Assembly: GCA_964234715.1 (NCBI GenBank)
Contig: OZ174280.1
From: Podarcis melisellensis
Lineage: Eukaryota
Direction: 5' to 3' (one strand)
DNA: 64,000 bases
The translations under genes were made by a program, and so were the position numbers. A model generated the notes under the pieces. It was given only the letters and a program-made list of their open reading frames with translations, was not told the DNA's origin and made no database searches. Of the stretch, positions 24,259 through 36,587 are shown piece by piece (positions within the stretch are counted from its first letter, which is position 1; every line of letters begins with the position of its first letter).

Positions 24259-25100
24259 GTGATAATATATAACAAGGTCCTTCTCTTCCTGAGGTTGCAG
24301 GAAGAGGGGGCGGGTACCAAAGGCCAGCAGGAGGTGTCACAGGATTTGAAGCTGGCTTTCACATCCAAGTTTAGCACTCAAGTCATCATTGGCTCCTCAT
24401 ACCTTAGGCAAGAGATCGGTAGTGCCTGTGAAAAGAGAAAAGGGAAATTATATTTTCCACCCAAGCCTCCAGGCAGACATAGCAGGAAGTCTGCCATTCA
24501 CACCGCCCACTCCACATGAGTCCTCCCCTTCTTTGATGCCAAGGCTGGCACTATTTGTTAAGGGAGCCCTGGCAAAGTGTTATTGATTAGCTCTACCTCC
24601 CTGACAAACCCCCTTCCAGCCTTGGGCCCTCCTCTAGGGGAATTACCATTGTGTTGCCATCTTGGGTGGGCATCTGCGAGCCACCTGCCATTTTTATGTC
24701 CCCACAATTTATTGACAGTGACATTCAGGGGCACTGTGGGATAATCAAAATGGTGGCCTCCTGCTCTCCCACTGCTGCTGCTTTATAATCTGAGCCAAGA
24801 AATGTTGGAGAAAAGCAAATACATGTCCTTCACCCGAATTTCTAGTTAAATGACACAAGGACACTGTTTGTCTAGCAATATAGCCAGCCCTTGCTTGTAG
24901 TCTTTGCTTTGTCCAAGTTAACTCCACCACTAAAACATGAGCCATTTTGTTTGTTGTTCTCTCCAGGCAGTATGTCTGTTATTCTCTCTCTCTCTCTCTC
25001 ATCTCCACACACATTGTAAATACTTCCTGAATGAATAAAGCCTTTAAACTTCAGTAGCTATAAGTGATTATTCCAAACTAATTCACCCAAGCTGCAAGGT
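24259..25100 (+). mobile_element. Possible solo LTR
   Basis: A GC-richer block with a TATA-like ctttataat (24781), a CT-rich tract and AATAAA (25034) in LTR order. I could not fix the termini or a TSD. Confidence 0.4.
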
Positions 25101-26224
25101 CTCCTAATGGGCAGATGGTCCAATCTGAGCCCTGGTGGGTCTTTGGCAACTGCCTAGGCATGTCAGGTGTTCCAGCTGGCCCTGCTTGACCAATGGGTAG
25201 CCAGGTCTGGGCTCTGGACTTCAGACATCAGTGGGCCTGATCCCCCAAATTGGAGCCTGCCAATGTCTTAAGCATTTCTGCATAGATTATAATACCCTGC
25301 AGCATTTACAACTCCTGTGATACTGCTCAGGAAGCAAGTATAACTTTGGGTGGGTAGGGGAAGGGCCTAATTAAATGGACTTCCATTGTCAAGTGAAAAA
25401 CGCAGATGCAAGAAACCGATTCCTTGAGTTTGCTGCTTTTTGCTTCTTCTTCTTTTTAGAAAAAAGGATTAGTCTAGTGCAGTAAAAAGACCTTGGTATT
25501 TGTGTGCTTCAGGTTTGGAGTTGGCTTCAATGCAACCTCATAAAAAAGAGTATCACATTGCCATGCAGATGTGTTAACTTTTTAACAATAGCCGGGGTAA
25601 ACTGGTATCTGGGCAGAAGATGTACAACTCTGACATTCCTTGCAAAATCAAGCTTTCTTTGAAATCCATGAAGTTTAACACACAGCCATTGAAATAACAA
25701 GCCCCAAACTATATTTAGACATTACATTCCAAAAATTCCTATATGACAGGTAATATTGCCCCCCTCAAGCAACTGCTTCTGTCTTGTAACTGACAGCACA
25801 GGTTGGAACATTTGTGTCAAACTTCTAGGGTTGAAATCCTGGGCGTAATTGCAAAATATACCATTGAACTCAGTGGAACTTACTTCTAAGAAATTGTGCA
25901 CAGGAATGGGCGGTACGTCAAGAAACTTGCTGTGGACAGAAGATAAGAGCTAAACTAGACATGATGTTAAGTGTTTGTGTGTATATATAACCAAGGGGAT
26001 ACCTCAGCAATCTCAGGGGAGATTGGGGAGGTGGGTGAGAAGACAATTAAAACTGTCTCAGCCACAGTCCCAAAAATTGTCTCCCTGAAGCTGCTTTTGG
26101 TCTCCATGGATACCAGCCAAATATTATTTATTTAAAATATGTGTCTCACATTTTGATCATAGCTAACATAATCATATTTAAATCATGCTTCACAATCTGG
26201 CTTTCTCAGTGCATGTAGGCCCAA

Positions 26225-27285
26225 GACACTGGTAAAATCTAGGCTGGAAGAGGTATCTGTTAGGTGGATTTGTAGCTGGTTGGCTGACTGAACGCAAATA
26301 ATGGGTAATGGATCCTCATCATCTGGGGGGGGGGGGTGTGACAAGTGAGGTGCTGCAGGGTTCCGTCCTGGGCGCGTTGTTGTTCAATGTTTTTATAAAC
26401 AATTTGGATGAAGGAATGCTCATCAAGTTTGCAGCAAATGACACCAAACTGCAGCAAATGACACCAAACCAATGCCACAGAAGACAGAAACAGTATTCAA
26501 GAGAACTTTAACTGGGCCAGAACTAAACAAAATGAATTTGAATAGGGACAAATGTAAGGTTTTACACTTAGGCAGGAAGAACCAACTGCACATATATAAG
26601 ATGAGACACCTGTATTGCCAGCAGTACATGGGGAAAGAATCTAGGGCTCTTGGTGGACCAAAAGCTTAACATGAATCAACAGTGTGATGTAGCACCAAAA
26701 AAGCTAATGCTATTCTAGGCTGCATCAAAAGAAGTATAGTGTCCCAATCAAGGAAAGTAATAGTGCCACTCTATTCTGCCTTGGTCAGACCATACCAGGA
26801 GTACTGTGTCAAGTTCTGGGCACCACAATTTAAGAAAGATGTTGACAAGCTGGAACATGTGCAGAGGAAGGCAACCAAGACAAACAAGGGTCTGGAAACC
26901 AAGCCTAAGGAGGAACAGTGGAGGGAGTTGGGTATGTTTAGCCTGGAAAAGAGGCAATTGAAAGGAGATTTGATAGCCATGTTCAAGTATCTCAAGGGCT
27001 GTCACATGGAAGATTGAGCAAGCTTGGTTTTTTCTTTCTCCAGAGGGTAGGACCTGAACCAATCAAGTTACAAGAAAGATTTCAACTAAACATCAGGAAG
27101 AACTTTGTGATGGTAGGAGCTCTTCGACATTAGAATGGACTCTCTCAGGAGGTTGTGGGCTCTGCTTCTATGAAAGTTTTTAAGCAGAGGTTGGATGGCT
27201 ACCTGTCATGGATGCTTTAGCTGAGATTCCTGCATTAGACTAGACGGCCTTTGGGGTCTTTTCCAACTCCTCAATTCTATGATTC
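26225..27285 (+). mobile_element. CR1 LINE, decayed 3' part
   Basis: VTSEVLQGSVLGALLFNVFINNLDEG..KFAANDTKL, MNLNRDKCKVLHLGRKN and [38 protein letters not shown]. It ends in the CR1 octamer tail attctatgattc. Confidence 0.95.
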
Positions 27286-28140
27286 AAAGCTGGCAGTGGG
27301 ATAGCACCATGCAGTGGAAGCTTGCTTTGGAGGCATAGTGCAGGCCACGCAATAAACACATAGGTCTGTTTTCCAACACTTCACGTTTATTATTTTCCAC
27401 TTAACACTGGGCAGCTGCCTCACTCTGCCTATCGATTTATCATGCAGGCATGATAAATCCATCTTCACAGGAAAATAGGACCGGAGCTGCCTGTCAAAGA
27501 CATATTCAAACTTGTCAAGGGCAAATACGTTTTGTACAATTCTGAGAGCATCTCCTACACTTCAGCCCCCTTCTATTGCTAAGCAAACTACAGGTGTACA
27601 CTGAGAGCGCAGGTGAAAGGAAGTTGCTGATACACCTCTTTTGTAGTGAGGCTTTTGTTTATACAGTAAGAATGGATCTCAATAGATGAATAGATATGAA
27701 CCAGAAGGGCTAAGGGACTAAAGCAAACAGCCTGAATAAAAATGGACTTGCATGGGAGTCTTCTGTCTGTTTGCTATTATTTCAGTTCTATTATTTCAGT
27801 AACATGCATTTCCAGACCCCATAAATAGGATAATAACATAAAAAATATTAACGGGGGGGGGGGGCTTATACACACTTCTGCTTGTCTCCCCACGCACCCC
27901 TGGGAAAACCTGAGGTTTAGCGCTGCATTGAAACAAGCAGATTGTAGTTTGCTCAGATTCAGTGGTAAACAGTGGTCTTTCCTGGGAAAAGCAGTGGGAT
28001 GAATGAAAAACCACTCAGACCCATGCTTTCTAGCCACCGGACAAGCAAAGTGGGAACGAGCTCTCTCCTTCCCTCGCTCTCTCTCCTCCCTCCCCATAAA
28101 TTGAGTATCTGCAGATGTTAGAAAATTGCTAAATCCTCCC

Positions 28141-28159
28141 TTGCCTCTAGATGGTGCTG
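28141..28159 (+). promoter_or_regulatory. CTCF-like motif
   Basis: ttgCCTCTAGATGGTGCtg, in unique sequence beside a CNE-like block. Confidence 0.45.
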
Positions 28160-28604
28160 TGCAGCCAGAAATTTAGAGGGGGGAAAATTGCAAATAGTTC
28201 CTGACATCTTTTTCAAAAGTTTACATGGGTCTGTGATTTCAGCATCCTGTTTCAGGCAGTATATTCAACCCACGTTGTTTCTCACCGTTATCTGCTTAGT
28301 CTGTGGCGTATATGCTTCCTATGAACTGTGCAAAGGACATAAAGATTTCTTTGCCAGTGTACATAAACATACATACATAAATATAAGCATTGTTGTATCT
28401 GAGGCTGTTCTCAAGAATCATGTTTAAGCTGAATTGTCTCCAAGTTGTTCGTATATTCTTTGAGCCTGTTGGTAATATGAGAAACTTCCTTCTATAATAT
28501 GCAATGAGGGGTGATGTGACCAAGAAGCTCCCACCAGGGTGACTTCTGGAAAGGGCTCCTGTCACTAACCTCTCTCTGGCTCCTACAGTCCTACAGACTG
28601 TCTT

Positions 28605-29170
28605 GCCAGAGTGGTGCGTGCTCTAGTTATCTCTCACTTGGACTACTGCAATCTGCTCTATGTGGGGTTACCTTTGAAGGTGACCCAGAAACTACAACTA
28701 ATCCAGAATGTGGCGGCAAGACTGGTGACTAGGAGTGGCTGCTGAGACCATATAGCACCAGTCCCGAAAGACCTACATTGGCTCCCAGAACATTTCCGAG
28801 CACAATTCAAATTGTTGGTTTAAAGCCCTAAACTACCTTGGTCATGTATACCTGCAGGAGTGTCTCCACCCCCATCATTCAGCCCAGACACTGAGGTCCA
28901 GCTCCGAGGGCCTTCCCTCACTGTGAGAAGTGAGGTTACAGGGAACCAGGCAGAGGGCCTTCTTGGTAGTGGCGCCCGGCCTGTGGAATGCCCTCCCATC
29001 AGATGTCAAGGAAATAAACAACTGACATTTAGAAGACATCTGAAGGCAGCCCTGTTTATGGAAGTTTTTAATTGATGTTTTATCATGTTTCTAATGTTCC
29101 ACTGGGAGCTGCCTAGAGTGGCTGGGGAAACCCAAACAGATGGGTGGGGTATAAATAATATATTATTATT
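28605..29170 (+). mobile_element. L2 LINE 3' fragment
   Basis: LVISHLDYCNLLYVGLPLKVTQKLQLIQNVAARLVT, same family as 11705-12121. It ends gggtataaataatatattattatt. Confidence 0.92.
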
Positions 29171-29179
29171 ACTCACCAC

Positions 29180-29625
29180 AAGAACCTAAGAAGAACTTGC
29201 TGGATCAGGCCAAGGGCCCATTTAGTCCACCATCTTGTTTTCACAGTGGTCAGTCAGGTGCCTGTGGGAAATCTGCAAGCAAGACCCAAGCACAAGAATC
29301 TGCTCTCCTGTGGTTTCCAGCAACTGGTATTCAGAAACCTACAGCAGGCATTGGTAAACTCGGCCCTCCAGATGTTTTGAGACTACAATTCCCATCATCC
29401 CTGACCACTGGTCCTGTTAGCTAGGGGTGATGGGAGTTGTAGTCCCAAAACATCTGGAGGGCCAAGTTTGCCTATGCCTTACCTACAGCCTCCAACTGTG
29501 AAGAAAGAGCATAGCCCTTATGCTCCAGGAATTTGTCCAATTTAGACAATCCTCTTTTAAACCCATCCAAGTTGGTGGCCATCGCTGCCTCCTGTGGGAA
29601 CAAGTTCCATAGCTCAACTACAATC
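29180..29625 (-). mobile_element. CR1 3' end, split by a hAT MITE
   Basis: The minus strand encodes ELWNLFPQEAAMATNLDGFKRGLSKLDKFLE, followed by the 3' UTR ...ccttggcctgatccagcaagttcttcttaggttctt. Confidence 0.8.
29345..29480. mobile_element. Palindromic hAT MITE (136 bp)
   Basis: The arms caggcattggtaaactcggccctccagatgttttg and caaaacatctggagggccaagtttgcctatgcctt are inverted. Perfect 8-bp TSD acctacag (29337-29344 and 29481-29488). Confidence 0.93.
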
Positions 29626-30889
29626 ATTTTAAAGTTGAAATCAAGCAAAGTGCCTGCTCTTATGGAAGCCTGGGAATAGAAAATGCCAGTAAAGGATAGC
29701 CAAACCCTGTGTGGACTATAATCCCTGTGGGCAGAATGTGGTAAATCCCCCTCCCCCCCCCCCAAAAAAATGTATTTTCTGTGACTTCAAACTTTAGCAA
29801 TCCTGCACAGCAAACAAAGTTTTTCGAGTGTAGTAAATAAATATCACAACAGAAAGTGCTCACCATCTTTCTCACAGACAGGATAAAAATAATTAGAGGG
29901 AATAACCTTTGGGACCTCTGGAAGCTTTTAAATTAATGTTGAGTGCAGGCAAATATTCCAAAACAGGCTGATGAGGCTTTCCATTTAAGTGAGGTTACAT
30001 TTTTTTTTAAGCATTTGGGTTTGGAAACTTGTCCAGTCTTCAGTCATGTTTGCAATCAATTGAATGCAACCCAGTTGGTTACTCTTTTAAATTCAGGCAT
30101 TTGCATTTTATGGCGCTGCTTTCGTTTCCCCTTCTGCAGACTTCACCATAAGATGGTCTCCCACCTCCATTAGCAATTAAATGAGTGTATTTTATATATA
30201 AAAACATGAGTACATAGTCTGTCTCTGATTAGAGTGTTTTGTGCAAAGCCTTTGAAGAGAACCTCAACGCTTTCCGCTCTAAAAGAGACGCAAAAAAACC
30301 CAGATTTTGTGACACAATCCAATTGGGAGTTTGTCAAACTGTGTGTCTGTTTCTATATATGTTTCAAGATATGTAGGCAATTCAAGGGATTGTGGCAATT
30401 TGCTACTCATTGAGTTCCTCAGTTTCTCTTAATCTTCGTTTCTTATTATTTTCTTCATCTACAGATCTTGGTGGAAAGAAGCCAGTGAAAAGGTGCCAAA
30501 TTATCAATTGCCAAATTACATATTTCCAAGTTTCAGATACACAAGTACAGTACAGTACACACTGATCTAACACTTCACACCCCCAAAAAAGAAAAAGTCA
30601 AAATGAGTTACTTTCTTATGTGGTTACATTGTCACAGCAAGCCATCATTGTGATCTACCACAAAAACGGAGAAATTGTTTACAGACTGCGTTGGATTTGA
30701 TCCATCTAACAAATTAAACTTAAAGGCTATCTGTCCACAAATAAAGAGATGGCTTTAACACGAAATAATTTGTGTGTTTACAAGTGACTAACCCTTTAGT
30801 GCCATTGGCCCAATCCTGTGGAGCACCCTGTCAACAGAGATTCAGCAGACGCATTCTGTGCCAACTTAATTTTAAATATATATATATAT

Positions 30890-31620
30890 ATTAATAAGCA
30901 AAATAAACCAAAGATAAAGAGCATAAAAATACAGGTTGAAAGCAGCATGAAGTTGGACATTATCACTGAATCTGTTCCAAAACATTACCAAAAAAACCCC
31001 CCACCCATTTCCCCCATAAACCTGTTGTGCTGGGTTATATGTACTATTTTATAATACATTAGTTTAATCATAATTACTATAGAATAAATTTCTCAGTCCA
31101 TTTAGATATAGTAGGAGGTATGCTTTTGTCCCAGTTTTTAGCTATTATAATCTTAGCAGCAGCTATAACACTTGATCGTTTTCCAAAATAACATCCTCTA
31201 GATAACCAAGCAGAAATATTTTAGGTTCCAAGGGTATTTGATATCCTAACATAGCAGAGATATCATCATTAATGGATATCCAGAATATGTCTATTTGAGG
31301 ACAATGCCAGAAGATATGTATGCAATCTGTTTTATTTAATCCACATCTCCAACATTTAGCCAATCCTAACTTATTCATGAAATTCAATTTGTAAGGTGTT
31401 AAATACCATTTAAAGTAGTTTTTTTTAGGTCTGCAGAAATTATATTAGAATAGAAGTTGTCCCATTGTTTCCTAGTTATTCTTTGAATTCAAATCTCACA
31501 CCCATTTTCTCATATCTGTATCCTGGGTCAGATCCAAGTTTAACCTTCTGTGCCAACTTTTGAAAACTTTTTTATTATGCCAGGCCTATGCAGGAAATTA
31601 AGAATACATTACTCACAATG
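30890..31620 (-). mobile_element. L1/Tx1-clade LINE, decayed ORF2 C-terminus
   Basis: ORF 31163..31387 (KCWRCGLNKTDCIHIFWHCPQIDIFW...PLEPKIFLLG) is the L1 CCHC knuckle region, preceded by WYLTPYKL. Confidence 0.85.
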
Positions 31621-31865
31621 GTCTACTGCTGTTTGTTTTTAATTCTTTTGCTTTTAACTTGTTTTACTTTCTTATGCTTTTTTGTATGACTTTATGTTCT
31701 TATATTGTGGTAAAGCACTGTGATATAGTTCTACGATACAGCAGTAGATAAATATTTAATAAATAAATAAGAATGAAAGCAATAAGTATACCTATAGAAA
31801 CAAAATCACCTAGAAGAAGACATGTAAATGTGACCCAAGCACTGAGGACTAATTTAGGCTTGTCT

Positions 31866-31917
31866 CTCTTCTCTTCTCTTCTCTTCTCTTCTCTTCTCTT
31901 CTCTTCTCTTCTCTTCT
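31866..31917. repeat. (CTCTT)n microsatellite
   Basis: Seen directly in the sequence. Confidence 0.97.
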
Positions 31918-33080
31918 CCTTTTGTTCTTTTTCTTGCAAATTTTACATTTAGAAAGATATTTAACGGGGAAGGAAGCAAAATAGGTTTACCAACTTGCAA
32001 TAAAAGTGTTTTTTTTCCCCCAAATTATTTGAAATAGCATTACCAGCATTTTTGACTGCAATTGTAGCTGCGTATTTAGCAGAAGCTTGCTTAAAAGTGC
32101 AGGCATTAAAAAAAATATGTTTATCGCATGCTGTGAAAAGCTTCGCCTACAGATGTCTGCGGATCAAGCTACTGTTAAGAGCATAAGAGCAGGCCTGGCC
32201 TTTTAATTTTGGGTTAGTTGGCAACACACTGTACTTGCCTTTTTATTTCCGACATGTGCTCTCTCTTAGCTCGATATGTTCCTAACTGTCTGCTGTATCC
32301 TTTCCAAAGTATTTCTTCACTAGACTTCTTTCCTTTCCTTTTTTCAATTATGTCAAGTAATAAAGCGAAATGTGTTTACTCTATAATTAAGAACTTGGAG
32401 CGAGGAAGAGTTTAATCTGGCAGTAGGGAAACCTAGCTAAAGGGTAAAAACACAGAAAATGCTTTTTAAAAAATTTAACAGTTCTTTTAATGCAGCCCAC
32501 AAATAAATTCTTCAGATGAGATTACCGGTTCCAACTTTCTAATGAAGAAATCATGGTGGGTGGGTGTTTTCCCTCCGCAAATGATTATCCTCCTGTCAAA
32601 TGTCACTGGTATATGAACCGCAGCTTGGATCACATTAGTGGTTCACTATGGAATGGGCTGCCTAGCCTGATCCTTAAAGGTCAAGGCTAGACCACAAACT
32701 TGTGTCAGTTTCTTATAACATTTGCTGTTGTTTCTTCCCCCAAGAAAACCTTGGGAATTTTAGTAGGGTGAGGTGGTGAGAACTCCTGTCTTTCATATAG
32801 TGCTACTGGTAATGAAGGTCTGGGAATGGGAGGAAAAACCTCATAGAATGACTCTGGTGGGGAGCCAGATGCTTAGTGAAGACTTTTTGTTTATTTTAGA
32901 TTCCCCCCCCCCCCAGATTTTTATGGTTAATGCTATTTGAATTTGCCTTTATTTTCTTTATTCGTTGTTGCTGGGTTAATATTTTTTTGCTTCTGATCAC
33001 CCCACCTTTGCTTCTCACCTCTGCAGCAGGAAAAGGAACTGTATTTCAACAAGTACTGAATTACTAGTACAATTGCTTTT

Positions 33081-33541
33081 GTTGTTGTTTAGTCGTTTAG
33101 TCGTGTCCGCCTCATCATGACCCCATGGACCAGAGCAGGCCAGGCACTCCTGTCTTCCACTGCCTCCCGCAGGGTCTTTTCCAGGGAGTCTTCTGTTCTC
33201 ATGAGGTGGCCAAAGTATTGGAGCCTCAGCTTCATGATCTGTCCTTCCAGTGAGCACTCAGGGCTGATTTCCTTCAGAATGGATACGTTTGATCTTCTTG
33301 CAGTCCATGGGACTCTCAAGAGTCTCCTCCAGCACCATAATTCAAAAGCATCAATTCTTCGGCGATCAGCCTTCTTAATGGTCCAGCTCTCACTTCCATA
33401 CATTACTACTGGGAAAACCATGGCTTTTACTATACGGACCTTTGTTGGCAAGGTGATGTCTATGCTTTTTAAGATGTTGTCTAGGTTTGCCATCGCCTTT
33501 CTCCCAAGGAGCAGGCGTCTTTTAATTTCGTGACTGCTGTC
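33081..33541 (-). mobile_element. 5'-truncated BovB copy A
   Basis: BovB C-terminal coding sequence with a (CAA)n tail. Perfect 12-bp TSD acaattgctttt at 33069-33080 and 33542-33553. Confidence 0.95.
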
Positions 33542-34106
33542 ACAATTGCTTTTATTATTTATTAAATTTCTATACCACCACTCAGGGCTGGTTTCCTTAA
33601 GAATGGACATGTTTGATCTTCTTGCAGTCCATGGGACTCTCAAGAGTCTCCTCCAGCACCATAATTCAAAAGCATCAATTCTTCGGCGATCAGCCTTCTT
33701 GATGGTCCAGCTCTCACTTCCATACATCACTACTGGGAAAACCATGGCTTTTACTATACGGACCTTTGTTGGCAAGGTGATGTCTCTACTTTTAAAGACG
33801 CTGTCTAGGTTTGTCATTGCTTTTCTCCCAAGAAGCAGGTGTCTTTTAATTTTGTGGCCATATTCAGTGATCATGGAGCCCAAGAAAGTTAAATCTCTCA
33901 CTGCCTCCATTTCTTCCCCTTCTATTTGCCAGGAAGTGATGGGACCAGTGGCCATGATATTCGGTTTTTTGATGTTGAGCTTCAGACCATATTTTGCGCT
34001 CTCCTCTTTCACCCTCATTAAAAGGTTCTTTAATTCCTCCTCACTTTCTGTCATCAATGTTGTGTCATCTGCATATCTGAGGTTGTTGATATTTCTTCCG
34101 GCAATC

Positions 34107-36587
34107 GGTCTTGCCAAAAGAATATTTCCAAGCAAAATCGGCCTACAAGCAAATTCAAAAGGGTGCCAGACTGGAATGGCAAGTGAATCAATGGCGGGCA
34201 ATTATAGAAGCCTCATCATCACGGAACACCAGACAATTTTGGCTCCTGGTAAATAAAAGAACTAAAAGATACCCTCTATTATTCCCGCCCCGGTTTGGGA
34301 ATCTTATTTAAAAAATTACTTTGCCACAACTGACTGTATCGTTAACACAAGAGACGAATTTCAAGATCAGCTTCCCCTCTGGCCCCCTACCGATCCGGAA
34401 GACATCCATGACTTGATCGTCAACCTTAAAACAGGGAAAGCGCCTGGGCCAGACCTGATCCCGGCAGAAGCTATAAAATACCACGCGGACTGGTGGGCCA
34501 AGGTCCTAGCGAATATCTTCGATGCAGTTAACAACTCTGGAATGATTCCGGAAGTATGGAAGGACGCTGTTATCGTTCCAATCCACAAAAAGGGCTCACC
34601 AGATGACCCGGGGAACTACAGGAACATCAGCCTGCTCTCAATAGTGGGGAAACTGTATGCCCGCTCCCTGTTGAACAGACTAATCCAATGGGCCGAAGAG
34701 AGAAAATTAACTGGGCCCGAACAAGCTGGATTCCGCCCAAAACAGTCAACAATTAATCATATTCTAATTTTACAGCATCTTGCCTGGAAATATTCCACCC
34801 CAAAAGGTGGCCAACTCTGTGTGGCATTCATTGACCTAAAGGCAGCATTCGATAGTATCCCCAGGAGCATCCTCTGGGAAAAACTCACCCGCTGGGGCAT
34901 CGACAGAAGGCTTCTCTGGCTAATAATCAAACTCCATGAGAACTCAGCGGCCAGAGTGAGATTCACCCCGGAGGGTGATCTCACGAATTCAATTCCCATT
35001 AACAGAGGTGTTCGACAGGGTTGTATATTGGCTCCACTCCTGTTCAATTTGTTCATAAGTGACATGAGGACTCCCCTGATAGAGGCCCAAGAAAGGATTC
35101 ATGCACCCCGCCTAGCACTTTATCGCTGCCCCTTGTTACTATATGCGGATGACGCAGTCATTCTTTCTTTTTCTAGAGTAGGTCTCAGGAGGGCCCTAAA
35201 AATTTTTGGATCATACTGTCACGCAAATTCCCTTACAATTAATTATGGAAAATCTAAGATCCTGATTTTCTCAAAGAGCCGGAAACTCCATAATTGGAGA
35301 ATTGATGGGAGAATCATCGAACAAGTCTATAGATTCCAATATTTGGGAGTCTGGTTACAACATAACCTCAGATGGAAGGCCCATGTAGCCTATGTTACAA
35401 ATAGAGCCAAATCTATCTCCTTGGCGATCTTGCGATTCTTCTTCACCGATGGGGCCCTTCATATCCCATCGGCGTTGAAAGTCTTCAAGGCCAAGGTGAT
35501 CCCGACAATTGCTTATGCCATCTCAATTTGGGGGACTTTTGCCAACCTATCTCACCTGGAGGTCATTCAAAATCAGTTTTTAAGAGGGATATTGAAACTG
35601 CCCAACTGTGTAAGTAATACAGCGTTACGCATGGAACTTAATATTGTATCCCTGGAAAATGCTCTGTGGAAGCACATACTTTGTCACTGGTTATCTCTAT
35701 GGCACAATCTCCCAAACTTGTACTTGATACAATGTATGTGGAGAGATGATTTCCAGAGCCCATGGGTAAAAAATTTACAGCTGAAAATAATGGCAATGGG
35801 AATCTCCCCATCCAAATTACTAGGGCAGGACATAGTTCCAGCTAAAAGAACAGTAACCTGTAAGCTAGAGGAGATGGACTTGCAGCAGAAAATGATCTTG
35901 GGCAATGGTACCTGCTCACCTCTAAATCTTGGTTTATTACCCCTCTTAAGGCTCCCAAACTATTTGAATTCTTTAACTTCCTCAGCCCATAGATATGCCT
36001 TTGTAAAGGCAAGATTCAACACCTTCCCACCGAACGTGCTGAGAAATAGATTCTCCAATGGACAGCTATCGCTCTTATGTGATTGTAATTGTGGGGCACC
36101 GGAATCGTTGCATCACATAATTCTTGATTGTGCTTTTCACTTATCGGCCAGGAGCAAGTTTCTTGCTCAATATCTTAAGGGAATTGCCGATGATACGACT
36201 GAAGCCAAACTGAGATATCTATTAAATGATGATGACCCCCTAAGATCACTCATGGTTGCCAGATTCTTGGTCAACGTCCTATCCCTAAAGAAGAGAAACG
36301 GACTCCTGTGTGGCTCGGATAATCCCTTTAAACCATGATCTATGTTTTAGGATGTAATTAGGTGATATCACCATTGATGTCTTCTATTAATTTATGAGCA
36401 GAGGGCGATGTTTATGCTACAAATTTGTTGTAATGTATGATGTTGGTCTTTTGTTTTTGTTTTGCTTTGGTTCTTGTCTGTTTTTTTGTAAGTTTTGGTG
36501 GTTTTAAATTTGGAGGTTCAAGTACATTATGGTGGTGTGACGGGCCAATGGCCGTAATAAAGATCAATCAATCAATCAATCAATCAA
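34107..36587 (+). mobile_element. Young 5'-truncated RTE-X-like LINE nested in BovB
   Basis: Perfect 13-bp TSD tcttccggcaatc (34094-34106 and 36588-36600), AATAAA followed by an (ATCA)n tail, an intact RT ORF and high CpG retention. Confidence 0.92.
34413..36338 (+). CDS. Non-LTR retrotransposon reverse transcriptase plus C-terminal CCHC finger (5'-truncated ORF2, no endonuclease)
   Basis: 641-aa open frame with KAPGPD, NYRNISLLS, EQAGFR, FIDLKAAFDSI, GVRQGCILAPLLF, LLYADD, FQYLGV and CDCNC..ESLHHIILDC. The frame is open from about 34275, and one frameshift separates it from 34111..34270. The listed start is not a true start. Confidence 0.9.
   Translation: MIVNLKTGKAPGPDLIPAEAIKYHADWWAKVLANIFDAVNNSGMIPEVWKDAVIVPIHKKGSPDDPGNYRNISLLSIVGKLYARSLLNRLIQWAEERKLTGPEQAGFRPKQSTINHILILQHLAWKYSTPKGGQLCVAFIDLKAAFDSIPRSILWEKLTRWGIDRRLLWLIIKLHENSAARVRFTPEGDLTNSIPINRGVRQGCILAPLLFNLFISDMRTPLIEAQERIHAPRLALYRCPLLLYADDAVILSFSRVGLRRALKIFGSYCHANSLTINYGKSKILIFSKSRKLHNWRIDGRIIEQVYRFQYLGVWLQHNLRWKAHVAYVTNRAKSISLAILRFFFTDGALHIPSALKVFKAKVIPTIAYAISIWGTFANLSHLEVIQNQFLRGILKLPNCVSNTALRMELNIVSLENALWKHILCHWLSLWHNLPNLYLIQCMWRDDFQSPWVKNLQLKIMAMGISPSKLLGQDIVPAKRTVTCKLEEMDLQQKMILGNGTCSPLNLGLLPLLRLPNYLNSLTSSAHRYAFVKARFNTFPPNVLRNRFSNGQLSLLCDCNCGAPESLHHIILDCAFHLSARSKFLAQYLKGIADDTTEAKLRYLLNDDDPLRSLMVARFLVNVLSLKKRNGLLCGSDNPFKP

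Noticed and set aside
30420-30560. Strong polypyrimidine tract and AG at 30463, suggesting an exon
   Set aside because: No good downstream donor and no recognisable peptide.
33255-33850. A ~280-bp direct repeat that looks like an LTR pair or tandem duplication
   Set aside because: It is two independent BovB copies. Copy A has its own TSD and the two differ at many positions.
33117-34256. Plus-strand ORFs of 138 and 236 aa
   Set aside because: They are antisense shadows of the BovB coding frame, with no independent protein signature.
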